Positions 13,115 through 30,704 of a DNA stretch of 64,000 nucleotides are shown in pieces. This DNA is from the human T2T-CHM13v2.0 reference genome, Homo sapiens, in assembly GCF_009914755.1 (NCBI RefSeq), contig NC_060947.1, one strand, 5' to 3'. The notes beneath the pieces are model-generated. The model saw nothing but the letters and a program-made list of their open reading frames with translations. It had not been told where the DNA came from and did not search any database. The first letter of the stretch is position 1, and each line of letters opens with the position of its first letter. The translations under genes and the position numbers were made by a program.

Positions 13115-14040
13115 GTGTATATATATACACATATATATACATATATGTATGTATACGTATACATATCTGTCCTATATGTATATATGTATACATATGTATA
13201 TACACGTGTATACGTATACATATGTATATACACGTGTATACGTATACATATGTATATACACGTGTATACGTATACATATGTATATACACGTGTATACGTA
13301 TACATATGTATATACACGTGTATACGTATACATATGTATATACACGTGTATACGTATACATATGTATATACACGTGTATACGTATACATATGTATATACA
13401 CGTGTATACGTATACATATGTATATACACGTGTATACGTATACATATGTATATACACGTGTATACGTATACATATGTATATACACGTGTATACGTATACA
13501 TATGTATATACACGTGTGTATATGTATACATATGTATATACACGTGTGTATATGTATACATATGTATATACACGTGTGTATATGTATACATATGTATATG
13601 TATACATATGCATATACGTGTGTATATGTATACATATGCATATACGTGTGTATATGTATACATATGCATATACGTGTGTATATGTATACATATGCATATA
13701 CGTGTGTATATGTATACATATGCATATACATGTGTGTATATGTATACATATGCATATACATGTGTGTATATGTATACATATGCATATACATGTGTGTATA
13801 TGTATACATATGCATATACATGTGTGTATATGTATACATATGCATATACGTGTGTATATGTATACATATGCATATACGTGTGTATATGTATACATATGCA
13901 TATACGTGTGTATATGTATACATATGCATATACGTGTGTATATGTATACATATGCATATACGTGTGTGTATATGTATATACATGTGTGTATATGTATACA
14001 TATGTATATACATGTGTGTATATATGGATATGTATATATA
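13115..14040. repeat. AT-rich alternating purine/pyrimidine minisatellite (28- and 30-bp units)
   Basis: tatacatatgtatatacacgtgtatacg x~11, followed by variant 28/30-mers. Confidence 0.97.
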
Positions 14041-14103
14041 TTTGCATTTTTCAAAAAAATTGATTTAATAAGCCATGTGACTCAACCATTTTATTTCATT
14101 TTA

Positions 14104-14384
14104 TTTTTTTTGAGGCAGAGGCTCACTGTGTCACCCAGGCTGGGGGCAATCTCGGCTCACTACAACCTCCACCTCCTGGGTTCAAGCAATTCTCCTGCCT
14201 CAGCCTCCTGAGTAGCTGGGACTACAGGCATGTGCCACCACACCTAGCTAACTTTTGTATTTTTAGTAGAGATGGGGTTTTACCATGTTGGCCAGGCTGG
14301 TCTTGAGCTCCTGACCTCAAGCAATCCACCTGCCTTGGCCTCCCAAAGTGCCAGGATTACAGGCGTGAGCCACTACACCCGGCC
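14104..14384 (-). mobile_element. AluS
   Basis: Antisense Alu dimer ending acacccggcc. Confidence 0.9.
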
Positions 14385-14902
14385 TGACTAAAGCATTTTA
14401 ATTTGGTCTGTGAGCCTTTCTATTCTGAGACTTCTAGGGTAGCTTGCCTGGTCGCATATTGAAGACTATCATTGTATCAAGGGAACTTCTCACATTAACA
14501 GACCCCAAAGGATAAAGTGAGAAGGGATCATAATTCAAAGTTTGGAGTTTACCTAAAGAAATAGGACAATAATATGAAATAATTGGCTAAAATATTGGGG
14601 GCCCAGTATTGATCTGGGTGGTTATAGGGTCAATCAAGGGACACAGGGCTGATCTTAGGAATCCAGGATAGTTTCGGGAGCCCTAAGAACAAGGTGAAGA
14701 AGGACCATAATTAATTTTATTTTAGACATTTTAGCTAAAGCAGTAAGACAAATTAAGTAACTGGCATAAATAGATGTGGGGGTGGGAGTTAGGGCTGGCC
14801 AAGGGGGCACAACAGAGCTGATTTGGGGGCGGTGTCAGGGACACCTCTTGCAGTGGGCCCTCTCCCCCTCTGAGTATATATAAGTAACAATGGCAAGGAG
14901 AT

Positions 14903-15304
14903 TGTATTAGTCTGTTCTCATACTGCTAAAATACCTGAGACTGGGTAATTTATAAAGAAAAAAGGTTAAGTTGGCTTACTGTTCTGCAGGCTGTACAGGA
15001 AGCATGGAAGCATCTGCTTCCAGGGAGGCCTGAGGGAGCTTTTACTCATGGCAGAAGGCAAAGAGGGAACAGGCATCTTACATGGCAGGAGCAGGAGGAA
15101 GAAAGGAAGAAGGTGCTACACACGTTTACACGACCAGATCTCACCAGAAGTCACTAACTATATGGTACCAAGGCGGGATGGTGCTAAACCATACATGAGA
15201 ACTCCACCCCCAAGATCCAATCACCTCCCATCAGACCCCTCCTCCAACACGGGATTACAATTCAACATGAGATTTGGATGGGGACACAGATCCAAACCAC
15301 ATCA
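14903..15304 (-). mobile_element. MST solo LTR
   Basis: tgtattagtctgttctcatactgcta...tccaaaccacatca. Confidence 0.85.
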
Positions 15305-15429
15305 GGAATGGAACACAGAAGTGACATTCATTGAGCACTGTCTAGAACACAGGCTGATCCCATCCCATACACCTGTGGTCACTACAGGGTCTTCAGCGCA
15401 GCTCCTCTTTGTGCAGAAACCCCAGGGAT

Positions 15430-16000
15430 CACCTCCCACCTCCACCCAACTCCCCATCACCACCAACGCAAGGTCATGCATCACTGAGACCCCAAGAACC
15501 TATAACCTCTGACACCACAGATCCCCATCACTCACCTCACAGAGTGCCTCCCATTCCAGCACAGTCTTCCCACCTTGACTGCCCGGCATTCTTCCCCTCT
15601 TCATTCATTAGCGTCATGCCATGCTTTGCCACTTTCCTGCACTGCTCTTCACCCAACCCCATTAACCACTGTCATTCACACTGTGCCTCATATCACTCCC
15701 AATTTCCTCCACTCTGCACCCACTCACTGCCAGTCTACTCCCTCCTTCTCTCCCCAACACTACTCATGTTTACTTACACTCAACTGTTTCTTCTCCAGTA
15801 ACTCACAACACTGGATATTTCCCCCATTTCGCCCTACTCTTCCCTGTTCACCACCCTTCTGCCCCTCTTTACTCCATTCACTCCCCACTTAGCCCTTCAT
15901 TGCCCTCCTCTCTCTTCCTCCAATCCCAATCCTTTTATTCACATGCTGATGTTCATCTCCATCCATTCCCCTGTCTGTGCTTCACTCACCTCCATTCACC
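15430..16000. repeat. Pyrimidine-rich low-complexity block
   Basis: Recurrent cattca/cactc/ctcc motifs. Confidence 0.55.
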
Positions 16001-17042
16001 CACATGTGGGCCATCAGCTTGCCATTTGTGTCCCAGGAAGCAGGAGTCCAAGATCTACCTGAAATGGTGAGATCTGACCCTCACCCCCACCCCACTATAG
16101 GATGGCCTTCAATGGACCTGAAACCCTAGCAAGATTCTCTATAAGTAGAAAGGAAAAATAGCTTTATTTCCAGTGCCCTTGGGCATCTTTCAAGGAGACT
16201 GCACCAGGAGCAAGCCAGTCTGCCCCACGTTTCCTCTCCCTGGAAAGGCACTGAATGTGATAGGTTTACCTTAAATAGTTCATAAAGTGAGCCCACGGCT
16301 TGTTTCCTTGCAGGATTACTCAGGGTAAAAAGAAGGCCCGAAAGGGCACAGGCAGGGTCTCAGGTCTAACTCACCCACCCATTTTGATAAATCCAAACAT
16401 TGCCCATCCCTAGTTTTTCACAGCTTAAGTTGTCCAGTTCCAGCAAAGAGATGGCCCCAGTGAAAAGCCACAGAAGCATGAGGGCCACAAATACAGTAAT
16501 TCACAAGCAGGACCTCTCGTTCTGAAGCAAATGTCCTGTTATGTGGGCTTTGACTATGTCCATTCAGACCATCACTCTCAATCTGTCTATCACCTTGGAA
16601 AATATGTATCGCCAGCACTAGAGCAACCTTAGAGAAGCAAGTTATTCAACCTCTCTATGGATTCGTGTTTTGCAGCACTTGTAAAAAGCGTTTGTATGAA
16701 TGATGTAATAAAAATAATTTCGTTAAGATATGGAAAGTCCTCGGTGGGCTTTAGTACAGGATCTTTTCACAGATGTCACTATGCATGTTCCAGTCTCAAT
16801 TATTTTAGTTACCTAATGTGGTCCCAGCTGACCGGAGAATCACTTCATTTGGCAACCTCAGGAAAATAATGCCTATGTGCCTCTGGAATTGATTGAATAA
16901 CTGTTGTTCTATCTGCTTGGTTCTTCAATTTATTCACCAAAAATAAACTCTACATTGAGCATATCTATATTAAATGTTATAAAATCCTGTACCTAGACTG
17001 TGACTTTACTATAACAGTAAAACAAAATAGCTTTTTAAATGT

Positions 17043-17048
17043 TTTATT
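17043..17048 (-). terminator. ZNF182: Candidate ZNF182 polyadenylation signal (AATAAA); another at 16929-16934
   Basis: tttatt on + strand ~1.3 kb beyond the stop codon. Confidence 0.45.
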
Positions 17049-18346
17049 TTTGAAAAGGTAGTACATCCACATAGTACATAGTACACCCACATTTTCAAAA
17101 GCTATGAAAGGATACAGTTGTCTCCCTCTCAATTCCATCCCCCCAGCCACCACTGCCCCTTCCCCTCCCAAGGTAATCAGGGTTACCAGGTTCTCATGTC
17201 TCTTTCCAGAGATAACTTATGAATTCACAATTATGTACTTACCATTTTTCTCCTTTTTATATACAAATGGCAGTCACTGTCCTCAACCTTATTTTTCCTA
17301 CCTAATAACATAAACTGAAGGTTATCCCACATCACTACATAAATGGTTTCCAAGTTCTCCTTATTTATTCATTGTTGTCTACCCAGGAGTAGGCTGTATG
17401 AATATACCACAATTTAGGGAACCAGAACCCTGATATGGTGTCATTTAAACAGCTTCCAATCTTTTGTTTTCACAAACGCTGCATTAATGAATACTTCTGT
17501 ATGTTCATCATTTTGTACATGTGTGAGTATGTACATTCCTAGAAGTGGAATTGCTGGCCCAAAAACCAAATGCATTTGTGGTTTTGATTACTTTTGAATA
17601 ATTCCTCTTTGAATGAGAAGAGTTTTTCCTGGACTTGCTATTTGCTGGAGGTTCATGTGGGAAAAGAAACCAGGGCCACATTCTAAGCAGATCAGTTTTT
17701 TTTTTTTTTGACAACTGAGAATTTTTTCCCCCCACAGCTGTTCGTTCTTTCTGACTTTACTTCTCCCAAGTCAGTAAATAGGGGCAGCTGTAGGGCTCTT
17801 CACAAGGAAAAGTCCCTTCTCTTCCCCCAGCATGCCATAACTGTTGCTCCCATCAGTAGACTACTTTCTAAAAATATGGCTTGTCTGAGTGACTCCTTCT
17901 CGAGGCCCCAGCCTGTTTCTCCTCAGACCCCAAATGGTCTAGGAAACATCCTACCTCCTACCTGCCCACGCACTGTTACCACTGTTATATCTATGGTTCC
18001 GCGCCTCGGGGTATATCCCGAACCTCAGCTAAGAGTCCTTACCAGTGCTGTCTTGCACCTGCAGCCTTGAGCACTCTCACTCTGAAATCTCCTGCACCAG
18101 TGCTTCATTTCCTCTGCCTGTGGCAGCCCTCTCATTAGGGTTGCAGCTGTCTCCTAATTTTGTCAGATACAGAGATTACACTTCTGCTTTTTCTCCCGTA
18201 GCTTTTGGGTTATGACTGAGATGAAAAGAAGAAAGGCTGAATTTACTCCCATATTTAAACCACAAGTCAAAATATACTTTTAAAATGTGAGTAAAATTGA
18301 CACAACTTTCTTTCAGTGTCCATAATAGATACTGCTGATTAGCTCT

Positions 18347-20065
<1,719 letters not shown>

Positions 20066-20254
20066 CTATAATCTCATTTTATCAGAGTTCCTGGAGAGAG
20101 AGTTTTTTACTAAACTCTCACCTGCTGGTCTTTTTGTTACCAAGAACAATCTTACCCTGACACCTCAGTCTTTCTTACGTCTATTTATACATCATACCTG
20201 ACTTCTATCAACTCTGCGAAACTTATACCCTTGATCTTCAGTTATCATATAAAC

Positions 20255-20615
<361 letters not shown>

Positions 20616-21579
20616 TGATTCCCAGACTCATGTGTTACAATAGTTAACACTGAATCCACATTCTCAATGAATGAAAGAAAAATACAGAATGGTTAGCTTG
20701 ACAAAAACAAAAAGCTAAAAATATTTGCCCAGTCTGGGTTCACCCGTGTATCCATCAAAGCTTGCATTCACAGTTCTTCAACACTACCTTCTCTGCTCCT
20801 GCCTATACGATTTCCACTAAAACCTCTGCCTATTCTGTACTCCAAACCCTTCTTCATGTTCCATCACCCACATAGCCCTGTGTTCCATATTTTGCTATAT
20901 TCAGAATCTAGATAACTTTCAAGAGGCAGGTCAGTCTTTTCTAAAAAGCTTACTCTGATCTTCCTATATAACTTAAATTTTTATTAACTTCTAAAGTAGT
21001 CAGTAATCTGTATCACTCATTTAAACAGTTAAAATTGCAAAGCTTTGCCTTTAATTTCATCAATTGCAAGCAGCACATTATTTCACATTTTAACATCTCT
21101 GAATCCAGATGCATCTTACAATCAATGTCATAGGTTAACTGGTGGCAATTTTTCTTTCTTAGTGGTATGTCTTTAAATCTATGGCATCTTGAAGTTAATA
21201 AGATATGGCAAGTACTTTTTGTACATATGGTGAATTTTAAATCTTTTTTTATAGTTTACTTTTCTTCTTACTTTTCCCCAAATTTTTACATGAAAATTTT
21301 CAAGCATAGAAAAAGTTGAAAGAAGAGTACAGTAACTACTCATATTACCACTTAGATTCAATAGTGTTAACATTTTGCTATAGTGATACTGAATTTTAAC
21401 ATGGATTGTGCAGCTGTGGTTTTTCTTCCTGTGACTTCCTTTCTTTGGCTAGCTAAGCATTAGTTCTTAACCAGAGATGAACACAAAATCACATGAGGAA
21501 CTTTTTACAAAATGCTCTCCATGGGACCCAAGCTCCACCAAAGATCTGCTGAATCTGAACCTTCTTAGGTGGTAAGAAG

Positions 21580-21810
21580 CAGTTTGGCCCATGTGGTTAG
21601 GGTCCTGGGCTCTCTAGCCCAGGAGAAAATCCTGGCTCAACCTTTCACTTGGTCTATGACCTCAGGCAAGTGATCTAAACTATTTGTATCTTACTTCTCC
21701 ACCCATAAAGGAATTATAACAGTGCCCACCCAAATGGATGTTGAGAGAATTAAATTACTTACAACAGGGCTTGCAGGGTACACAGGAAGTACTTTAAATC
21801 ATTTACCACC
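21580..21810 (+). mobile_element. MIR
   Basis: atcctggctc...tgacctcaggcaagtgatctaaac...ataacagtgcccacc. Confidence 0.65.
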
Positions 21811-22044
21811 ACTACTACTATTACAACTACTACTATTATGACTTTTAAGAATCACCACATTACTGTAAAAAGAAAGAGTATATTTATATATTTAACATGT
21901 TCTAGAATATTAAGTGAAAAATGGTGAATAAAACTGTGCATACACTGTTACCTGAGGCAGGAAACAAAGGGAAAAACTGGGTGATGCTGGAGGTTATTTT
22001 GAGCCATAGGAGAGGGAAGCTGAAGGGTTTTTAAAGTGTGTGTG

Positions 22045-22046
<2 letters not shown>

Positions 22047-22090
<44 letters not shown>
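22047..22090. repeat. (GT)22 microsatellite
   Basis: Direct reading. Confidence 0.97.
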
Positions 22091-22093
<3 letters not shown>

Positions 22094-22209
22094 GGTATAA
22101 GTTTCATCACTTTGCTTCTTTTATAGCAAGGAATGAGATGAGATCATTTGCTAAAAGAGAGGGAAAAACAACTTGGAGTGGAGGTTTGAAGGAAGCAAGA
22201 AAGGTGTTA

Positions 22210-22790
22210 TAAGACATGGAATCAAACCTAAGTGTCCATCAAGGAATATCAACGGATAAAGAAAATGTCATCTATTTACACAATGGAATACTGTTCAGCC
22301 ATAAAAAGGAATTAAATACTGTCATTTGCAGCTACATGGATAAGCCTGGAGGACATTATGTTAAGTGAAATAAGCCAGGCACAGAAAGACAAATACTGCA
22401 TGATCTCACTCATATATGGGAGCTAAAGGAGTTACTCTCATAGAAGTAGAGAGTAGAATAGTGACCAGACACTGGGAGGTGAAGAGGGGAGGAGAGGATA
22501 GGGAAAGGTTGGTAAATGGGTGCAAAGATATAGTTAGGAGGAATAAGTTTCCGTGTTACATTGCACAGCAGGGTGTCTATAGTTAACAATATAGTGTATC
22601 TTTCAAAATAGCTAAAAGAAAAGATTTTGAATGTTCTCCCCACAAAGAAACAAATATTTGATGTGATGAATATACTAATTACCCTAATTTGATCATGACA
22701 CACTGTATATATGTATCAAAACATCACACCATACTCCATAAATATGTACAATTATGTGTCAACTAAAAGTAAAACTTTTTAAAATGTTTA
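22210..22790 (+). mobile_element. L1MA 3' end
   Basis: cacaatggaatactgttcagccataaaaagg...taagtgaaataagccaggcacagaaagacaaatactgcatgatctcact. Confidence 0.8.
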
Positions 22791-23798
22791 AAAAACTGTG
22801 CATAGTAGGAAATGAATAAATATATATTCTTATAGGCTCATGTTGTAAAAAGTGATGGAAGAATAAACCTTTAAATTTTAATAAAGGTTACCTATGAGGA
22901 AGGAAGGAACGAAGGGAATGGAATGGAAAGGGAAAGAAGCTGGACTTTTCTGAATATACCTTGTTTTCTGTGTTGGACTTTGGAACCAATAAATCTTTTG
23001 TAACTATTTTATATAATCATAAAGCAAAACTGAACATAAAAGGATTCCTTAAAAATAGTAAATATTCTTTCTGCTGCGTTTCCTAATGACCATGCTGGAA
23101 AGTCTTGATTCTCAATGGCACCAAAATGATTACCTCAATTCATTCAACTCGCTATACACAAGCAACAGCCTCAAGAAGAGTACTAACAATACTACTGTCA
23201 GATGTAAGATTCATAAATTAAAAACCTTTAAGCGCAAAATTTGATTTGGAAATATTAATTTGAACATGAGATATTTTTTCTGTAAAAAATGTATACATAA
23301 TAGTTCCTAGCTTTGTCAATGAAAAGGCCTCAAAACAATTCTCTAACCTCTAAATCGTGGGCTTAAAACATTATTTTCCACTAAAAAGAACCAGAGCCCC
23401 TTGAAGAAATCACCAATTCTAGGTCAGAGGCAGGAAATATACAAAAGGAGCCTGGGACATGTTGTAACACCAGAAAGCAAGGAAGCTACCAAAGACTCAG
23501 GAGCCAACTTGAAGGAGATTCCACTGGCCAAAGATGGGACAGTGTCATGTGTAACATGGAAAATAAGACAATGGATTAAAACATAGAAATGTATACAGCC
23601 ATAAGTCCATAAATGAGTCACAAAAAGATATAACTTAGTGGTCACCTTTGGATGATGCTACAAAATCAATTATTTTGAAAACTAGTAAATAAATGGAAAA
23701 GCTCAATCACTGAGCCTGTCTTTTCTGTACAATATGTAACTCATGGTAGCCAAATAATAGATAAGAAGCAATTTCTCTTTATAGAATTATTCCAGTGG

Positions 23799-24680
<882 letters not shown>

Positions 24681-25129
24681 ATAGATAAGATGTTTTAGGA
24701 GAGCAAATCTGACAAATATCTAAACTGAATGAGAAGACTGGACTCAGGTTGTTCAATCTGAAATTAGAGCATTAGAGTCCAGGCCTGTGACTAACGTGGG
24801 CCTGGCTTTATATAAGTCGGTGACAGGTGAGAGTCGTGAAAGTGGCAAGGCCAGGGGGTTGTGGCATTTAAAAGACTCTTTCATACGGGACAAAAGGAAC
24901 TGTGCAGAAACTTGCAGGTAAGCACCAACTTAAGGAGAGTGGCCTGGTGTATGGGGGACAGCGGGAGTGTCAGTTTTGTGTCTGAGGTGTTCATGTCCCT
25001 GTCCTCCAACAGTGCCAAGGGCCAGAACCTTTTCCTAAGATATTCCTGAAAGCCCTGTCAGAGGGCCTCACCTCTGACTAATAGGGTGGAACTTCATGTC
25101 CCCAGAGCCTGGGTCAAAATTCCACTTAC

Positions 25130-25219
25130 CTGGAAAGTTCCAAAATGGGATTTTTCCTTCTGCCGGGCATTCTTCTACCTCCAACTTGAGGATGAGGTTT
25201 GGTTTGGTAACCTGCTGCC
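25130..25219 (-). CDS. ZNF182: ZNF182 KRAB-B exon (GQQVTKPNLILKLEVEECPAEGKIPFWNFP)
   Basis: caacag|GG ... CCA G|gtaagt; 90 nt, phase 1-1. Confidence 0.93.
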
Positions 25220-25445
25220 CTGTTGATGAGAAATGACAGTGATACCTCCTTGGCTTTCAGAGCCTCTGAGACAGAAGAAGTTACATATTGGGGGCAGCAC
25301 AAGGAATCTATTGCTTGACATAATGGTAAAGTCAAACCATTTAACCTGCATTTTGAGCTCACAAACACTTTTTCAGGAGAGAAAAGAGGGAACTGAGAAA
25401 GGAAATGCCTTCCATTGGATGCAATAATCATAAACTGCAAAATTA

Positions 25446-25616
<171 letters not shown>

Positions 25617-25779
25617 TTAAAATGCTGACCACTAGATGATGAGGATAAAATGCACGGGAACTTCTGATTGGGTTCCTGGTTCATCATGATGACTCAATAT
25701 TGGATGCCTATTTCATATCAAGTTAGTGATCTACTTTGTGGGAGAATCACAAATCATGGTTAAAAAAAAACTAAGTAAG

Positions 25780-27570
25780 AGAATACTTGAGACAATGTCA
25801 TTATCAGCACAAGGACAGACAAACAGTCCAGTGGAACTAAAAAGAGAATCCAAACATGTATGGACACCTGATTTATGACAAAGTTGGCACAGTAAAGCAG
25901 TAGGGAGAAGATGACCTTTTCAATAGATGTGGATGGGTTATTAGATATCTATATGGAGAAAATGAAATTTAACCCCTCTAGCCACACATAAAAATCAGCT
26001 ACAGGTAAATCGTAAATCTAATGTGAGAGGTAACCAATTAAGTGTCTATAAAATAATACAGGAAAATGTTTTCATAAGCTTTGGAGTAGGGAAACAATTC
26101 TATAACAAAACATGAAAAGCACTCCTCATAAAGGAAAAGACAAGTGTTATAAGATCAAAAGTACTACAATGAAAAGGCAAGCCACAGATGGGGAAATTGC
26201 TGGCAATATTCATGAGGGATAAGGTATCGTATGTAGAATATATAAAATAATCCCCTCAAATCAATAAGAAACACACACAAAAGAATGGATAAGAGAAGTG
26301 AATAGGTACTTCACTGAAAAGCAAAACCAAATGATCTATGAACACAAGATAATGTACTCAACCCCATTAGCAATCAGGTAAGTGAAAAATTAAGCCACAT
26401 TGAGACACCACTATACACCCACAAGAAAGGTTATAATTAAACAGACTAAAATAACATAATATTGTGTTGAAATGAGAACTCTTACACACTATTAGCAGGA
26501 ATATAAACTGGTATAATCGCTTTGGTAACAGTTTGGCATTATTTACAAAGGTTAATGGTTTGCATATACCATGACCCAGCAATTCTACTCCTAGGTACAC
26601 ATCTTAGAGAAAATCAGGCATATGTGCTCTAGAAAACAAATATAAGGATGTTCATAGCAGCACTATTTCTAATACTAGATCACAGATAAAATCCAAATGT
26701 CCATCAACAGTAGAATGGGTAAATTGTGGCACAATCATTCAATGGAATGCTGTATAGTAATGAAAATGAATGAACTGCATGTTGTGAAGCAGGTTCACCT
26801 GCTTCGAAACTCGAAGATTGAAGAAACTCTTTTTAACCTTGGGTTAGACAAATATTTCTTAGATGTGACACCAAAATTCAAAAATCACTTGTTAAGAGAT
26901 TAAAAAGACACAGAATGGAAGAAAATATCTGCAAATCAAATATCTGGCAAATAACTTTTATTGAGAATATATAAAAAAAACTTTCAAAATTAAAACAAAG
27001 TGGGCAAAAGAGATACTTCACCATGGGAGATAAACAGATGGCAAATAAGCACATAAAAAGATGCTCAACATCATTAGGCATGAGGGAACTGTAAATTAAA
27101 ACCACAATGAGATACTACTACACACCTATTAGAATGGGGAAAAAACTGACAATACTAAGTGTTGGTGAGGATGTAGAGCAACTGCACCTCTCCTGTCATA
27201 AGCAGGAATGAATATGTATGTATATCTACCTTACAACCCTGCAATCCCACTCCCACGTTTATTTACCTCAGTGAAATGCAAACTTAGGTAAACCTAAAAG
27301 CCTGTACATGAACATTTATATAGCAACTACATTTTTAATGATCAAAACCTAGAAACATATCAAAGGTTTTCCAACCAGTGAATGGATAACAACCTGGAAT
27401 CCTCCATACAATGTAATACCACTTGGCAATAAAAATGAGAGAACTAATGATTTATGCAACGACATGGATGAACTTCAAATGTATTATGCTAAGTGAAAGA
27501 AGCCAGACTCAAAAGGCTGCATACTGCATGATTACATTTATATATTACATTTATGGTAAATAAAAACTAC
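25780..27570 (+). mobile_element. Old L1M fragments
   Basis: L1 ORF2 3'/3'UTR motifs (aaaaccacaatgagatactac, gttggtgaggatgtagagcaact). Confidence 0.7.
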
Positions 27571-27864
27571 AAAGACTGAAAATATATCTATATTTTCCTT
27601 GTCAACAATACTACTTCCCTGGTCAGCAATACTGTGCATATTGTCACATCTCAATGTGCTGGGAGGGTGACATGAAAGTGAACAACAGAAGCTTCATGGC
27701 TGGGACCCTCTGAGACCTTACCCTATGCATCACTCCCTTTGGTTGGTTCTACTTGTATCTTTTTGCTATAACAAAACTGTAATCATAAGCATGTACTTTT
27801 CTGAGTTATATGAGTCATTCTACCAAATTATTAAACCTGAGTGTATACCGAGAACCCTTAAGTT

Positions 27865-28772
27865 GAATCAAGGTGTGGAAGTGGAAGTGGCACCATTCAC
27901 CATCACCCCTAGTGACCCACTAGCAAAATTTTTGCTTCCTGTTCCTGCAACATTATGTTCTGCCAGCCTAGAGATCTTAGTTCCAGAGGGAGGAATGCTG
28001 CCACCAGGAGACACAACAATGATTCCATTAAACTGGAAGTTAAGACTGCCACCTGGCTACTTTGGGCTCCTCCTACCTGTAAGTCAACAGGCTACAAAGA
28101 GAGTTATAGTGTTGGCTGGGGTGACTGACCCACACTATCAAGATGAAATCAGTCTAATACTCCACAACGGAGGTAAAGAAGAGTATGTGTGGAATACAGG
28201 AGATCCCTTAGGGCATCTCTTAGTATTACCATGCCCTGTGATTAAGGTCAATGGGAAACTACACCAACCCAATCCAGGCAGGATTACAAATGGCCCAGAC
28301 TCTTCAGGAATGAAGGTTTGGGTCACTCTACTGGGTAAAACACCACAATCCATTGAGGTATTTGCTGAAGGCAAGGGGAATACAGAATGGATAGTAGAAG
28401 AAGGAAGTTATCAATATCAGCTATGACCACATGAGCAGTTGCAGAAACGAGGACTGTAATTGTCATGAGGATTTCCTCCTTATTTTGTTAAAAATATGTC
28501 TGTGCATGTTTACACCTGTATTAAGAAAATATCTTCATGTTATTTCCTTTTTCCTTTATCATGTGACATAAGATTTATTGACTTCATATCAGCACTTCAG
28601 TGTTGTTAACTTTATGTAACAGCAATTAGGCTAAGAATTAGTGTGCTTCCAGTTGTACGAGGGATAGCTGTATTATGTTAGGCATAATTACGACCTTATT
28701 ATTGTCTTTACTTGAAGATTTATGTGTGATTTCAGGAGATGTGTACAGTTTTAAGTTGATAAGGGGTAGACT
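27865..28772 (+). mobile_element. ERVL/HERVL internal 3' part (integrase C-terminus + dUTPase-like region)
   Basis: Translation IPLNWKLRLPPGYFGLL...AGVTDPHYQDEI; polypurine tract aaggggtagact before the LTR. Confidence 0.85.
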
Positions 28773-29311
28773 TATAATGGTTAATATTGAGTGTCAACTT
28801 GATTGGATTGAAGGATGCAAAGTATTGTTCCTGGGTGTGTCTGTGAGGGTGTTGCCAGAGGAAATTAACATTTGAGTCAATGGAATGGGAAAGGCAGACC
28901 CACCCTCAGTCTGGGTGGGTACCATCTAATCAGCTGCCAGGGCAGCTAGAATAAAGCGGGCAGAAGAAGGTAGGAGGAGCTGGCTTTCTGAGCTTCCGGC
29001 CTTCATCTTTCTCCCATACTGGATGCTTCCTGTCCTCAAACATTAGACTCCAAGTTCTTCAGCTTTTGGACTTTTAGACGTATACCAGTGGTTTGCCAGG
29101 GCCTTTGGCCACAGAATGAAAACTGCACTGTTGGCTTCCTTATTTTTGAGGTTTTGGGACTCAGACTGGCTTCCTTGCTCCTCAGCTTGCAGAAAACCTA
29201 CTGTGGGACTTCACCTTGTGATCGTGTGAGTCAATACTCCTTAATAAAATCCCCCTCATATATTCATCTATCCTATCAGTTCTGTCCCTCTAGAGAACCT
29301 TGACTAATACA
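28773..29311 (+). mobile_element. MLT2 LTR (3' LTR of the ERVL)
   Basis: tataatggttaatattgagtgtcaacttgattggattgaaggatgc...ctagagaaccttgactaataca. Confidence 0.88.
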
Positions 29312-30145
29312 GAAGTCATTGCAACTTAATATACATAATGATTATAAAATAAAACAACATGTCAGAGTTTAGACCAAACATACCAGCCAAATCAATTAAT
29401 GTTATTAGGCCTTAAGAAGGCTTATTAAAAGAAGATCTCCAGATTGACTCACAAGCAAGATCCAGCTGTATGTTGTATACAGGAAATACAACTAAAACAA
29501 AGTGATTCGAGAAGGCTAAAAGTAAAGGGATAGGCAATGGTCGACCAGACAAATAAATGGAAACAATAAGAAAGCAGAGGTTGAGATCCTGACATTATCC
29601 TTAGTCTAAAGATAAAAGGCATAAAAACAAATTGTGTATTATATTCAGTAGGTTGGTTTTCCACAGTGATGTGGGTGCAGCAATTCTGACTCTACTTTCT
29701 GTATATTGTAGACTGAACAAATGAATGAATTATTGATGCTAGGAACCAATGCTCTCACTGTTAAAGAAGGGAGATGCAAATATGCAACGAGGGATGACTA
29801 AGATTCCCAGGATGCTGTATGAACTCAAAGTATGTTTGTATGTGTGTGTGGTGTATGTGTGTACACATATAGATGTAGACATACAGATGTAGATATATAT
29901 GTACATACACACATCTCTGTTCACCGAAAGGGCCTAGAAGTAACAATGCCCCAGCAGCAATGAGCACAGCTAGCACCCAGATTTTGGTTTCTAAATATAA
30001 TTATCCATTAACAGGAACCAGAGCTCCTTGGAGAAATGGCTGATTCCAGGGCAAGTAAAGTTAAAGATGAAGGCTGGAACATCTTGTGCCAGAAAATAAG
30101 AAAACGCTCAGAGCTCAGAAATGGACCAAACCTACCAAAGCCTTA

Positions 30146-30614
<469 letters not shown>

Positions 30615-30704
30615 TCACTCTATTTGTTCAGACGAGATCCGGTTGTTAAAGAGTCTGGTGCCTCCCTCCCCCACTCTTGCTCCCACTCTTGCCATGTGAC
30701 ATAC

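Noticed and set aside
13024-14211. Six overlapping 290-395 aa ORFs
   Set aside because: All stop codons contain two adjacent purines, so a strictly alternating RY repeat is open in every frame; not coding evidence.
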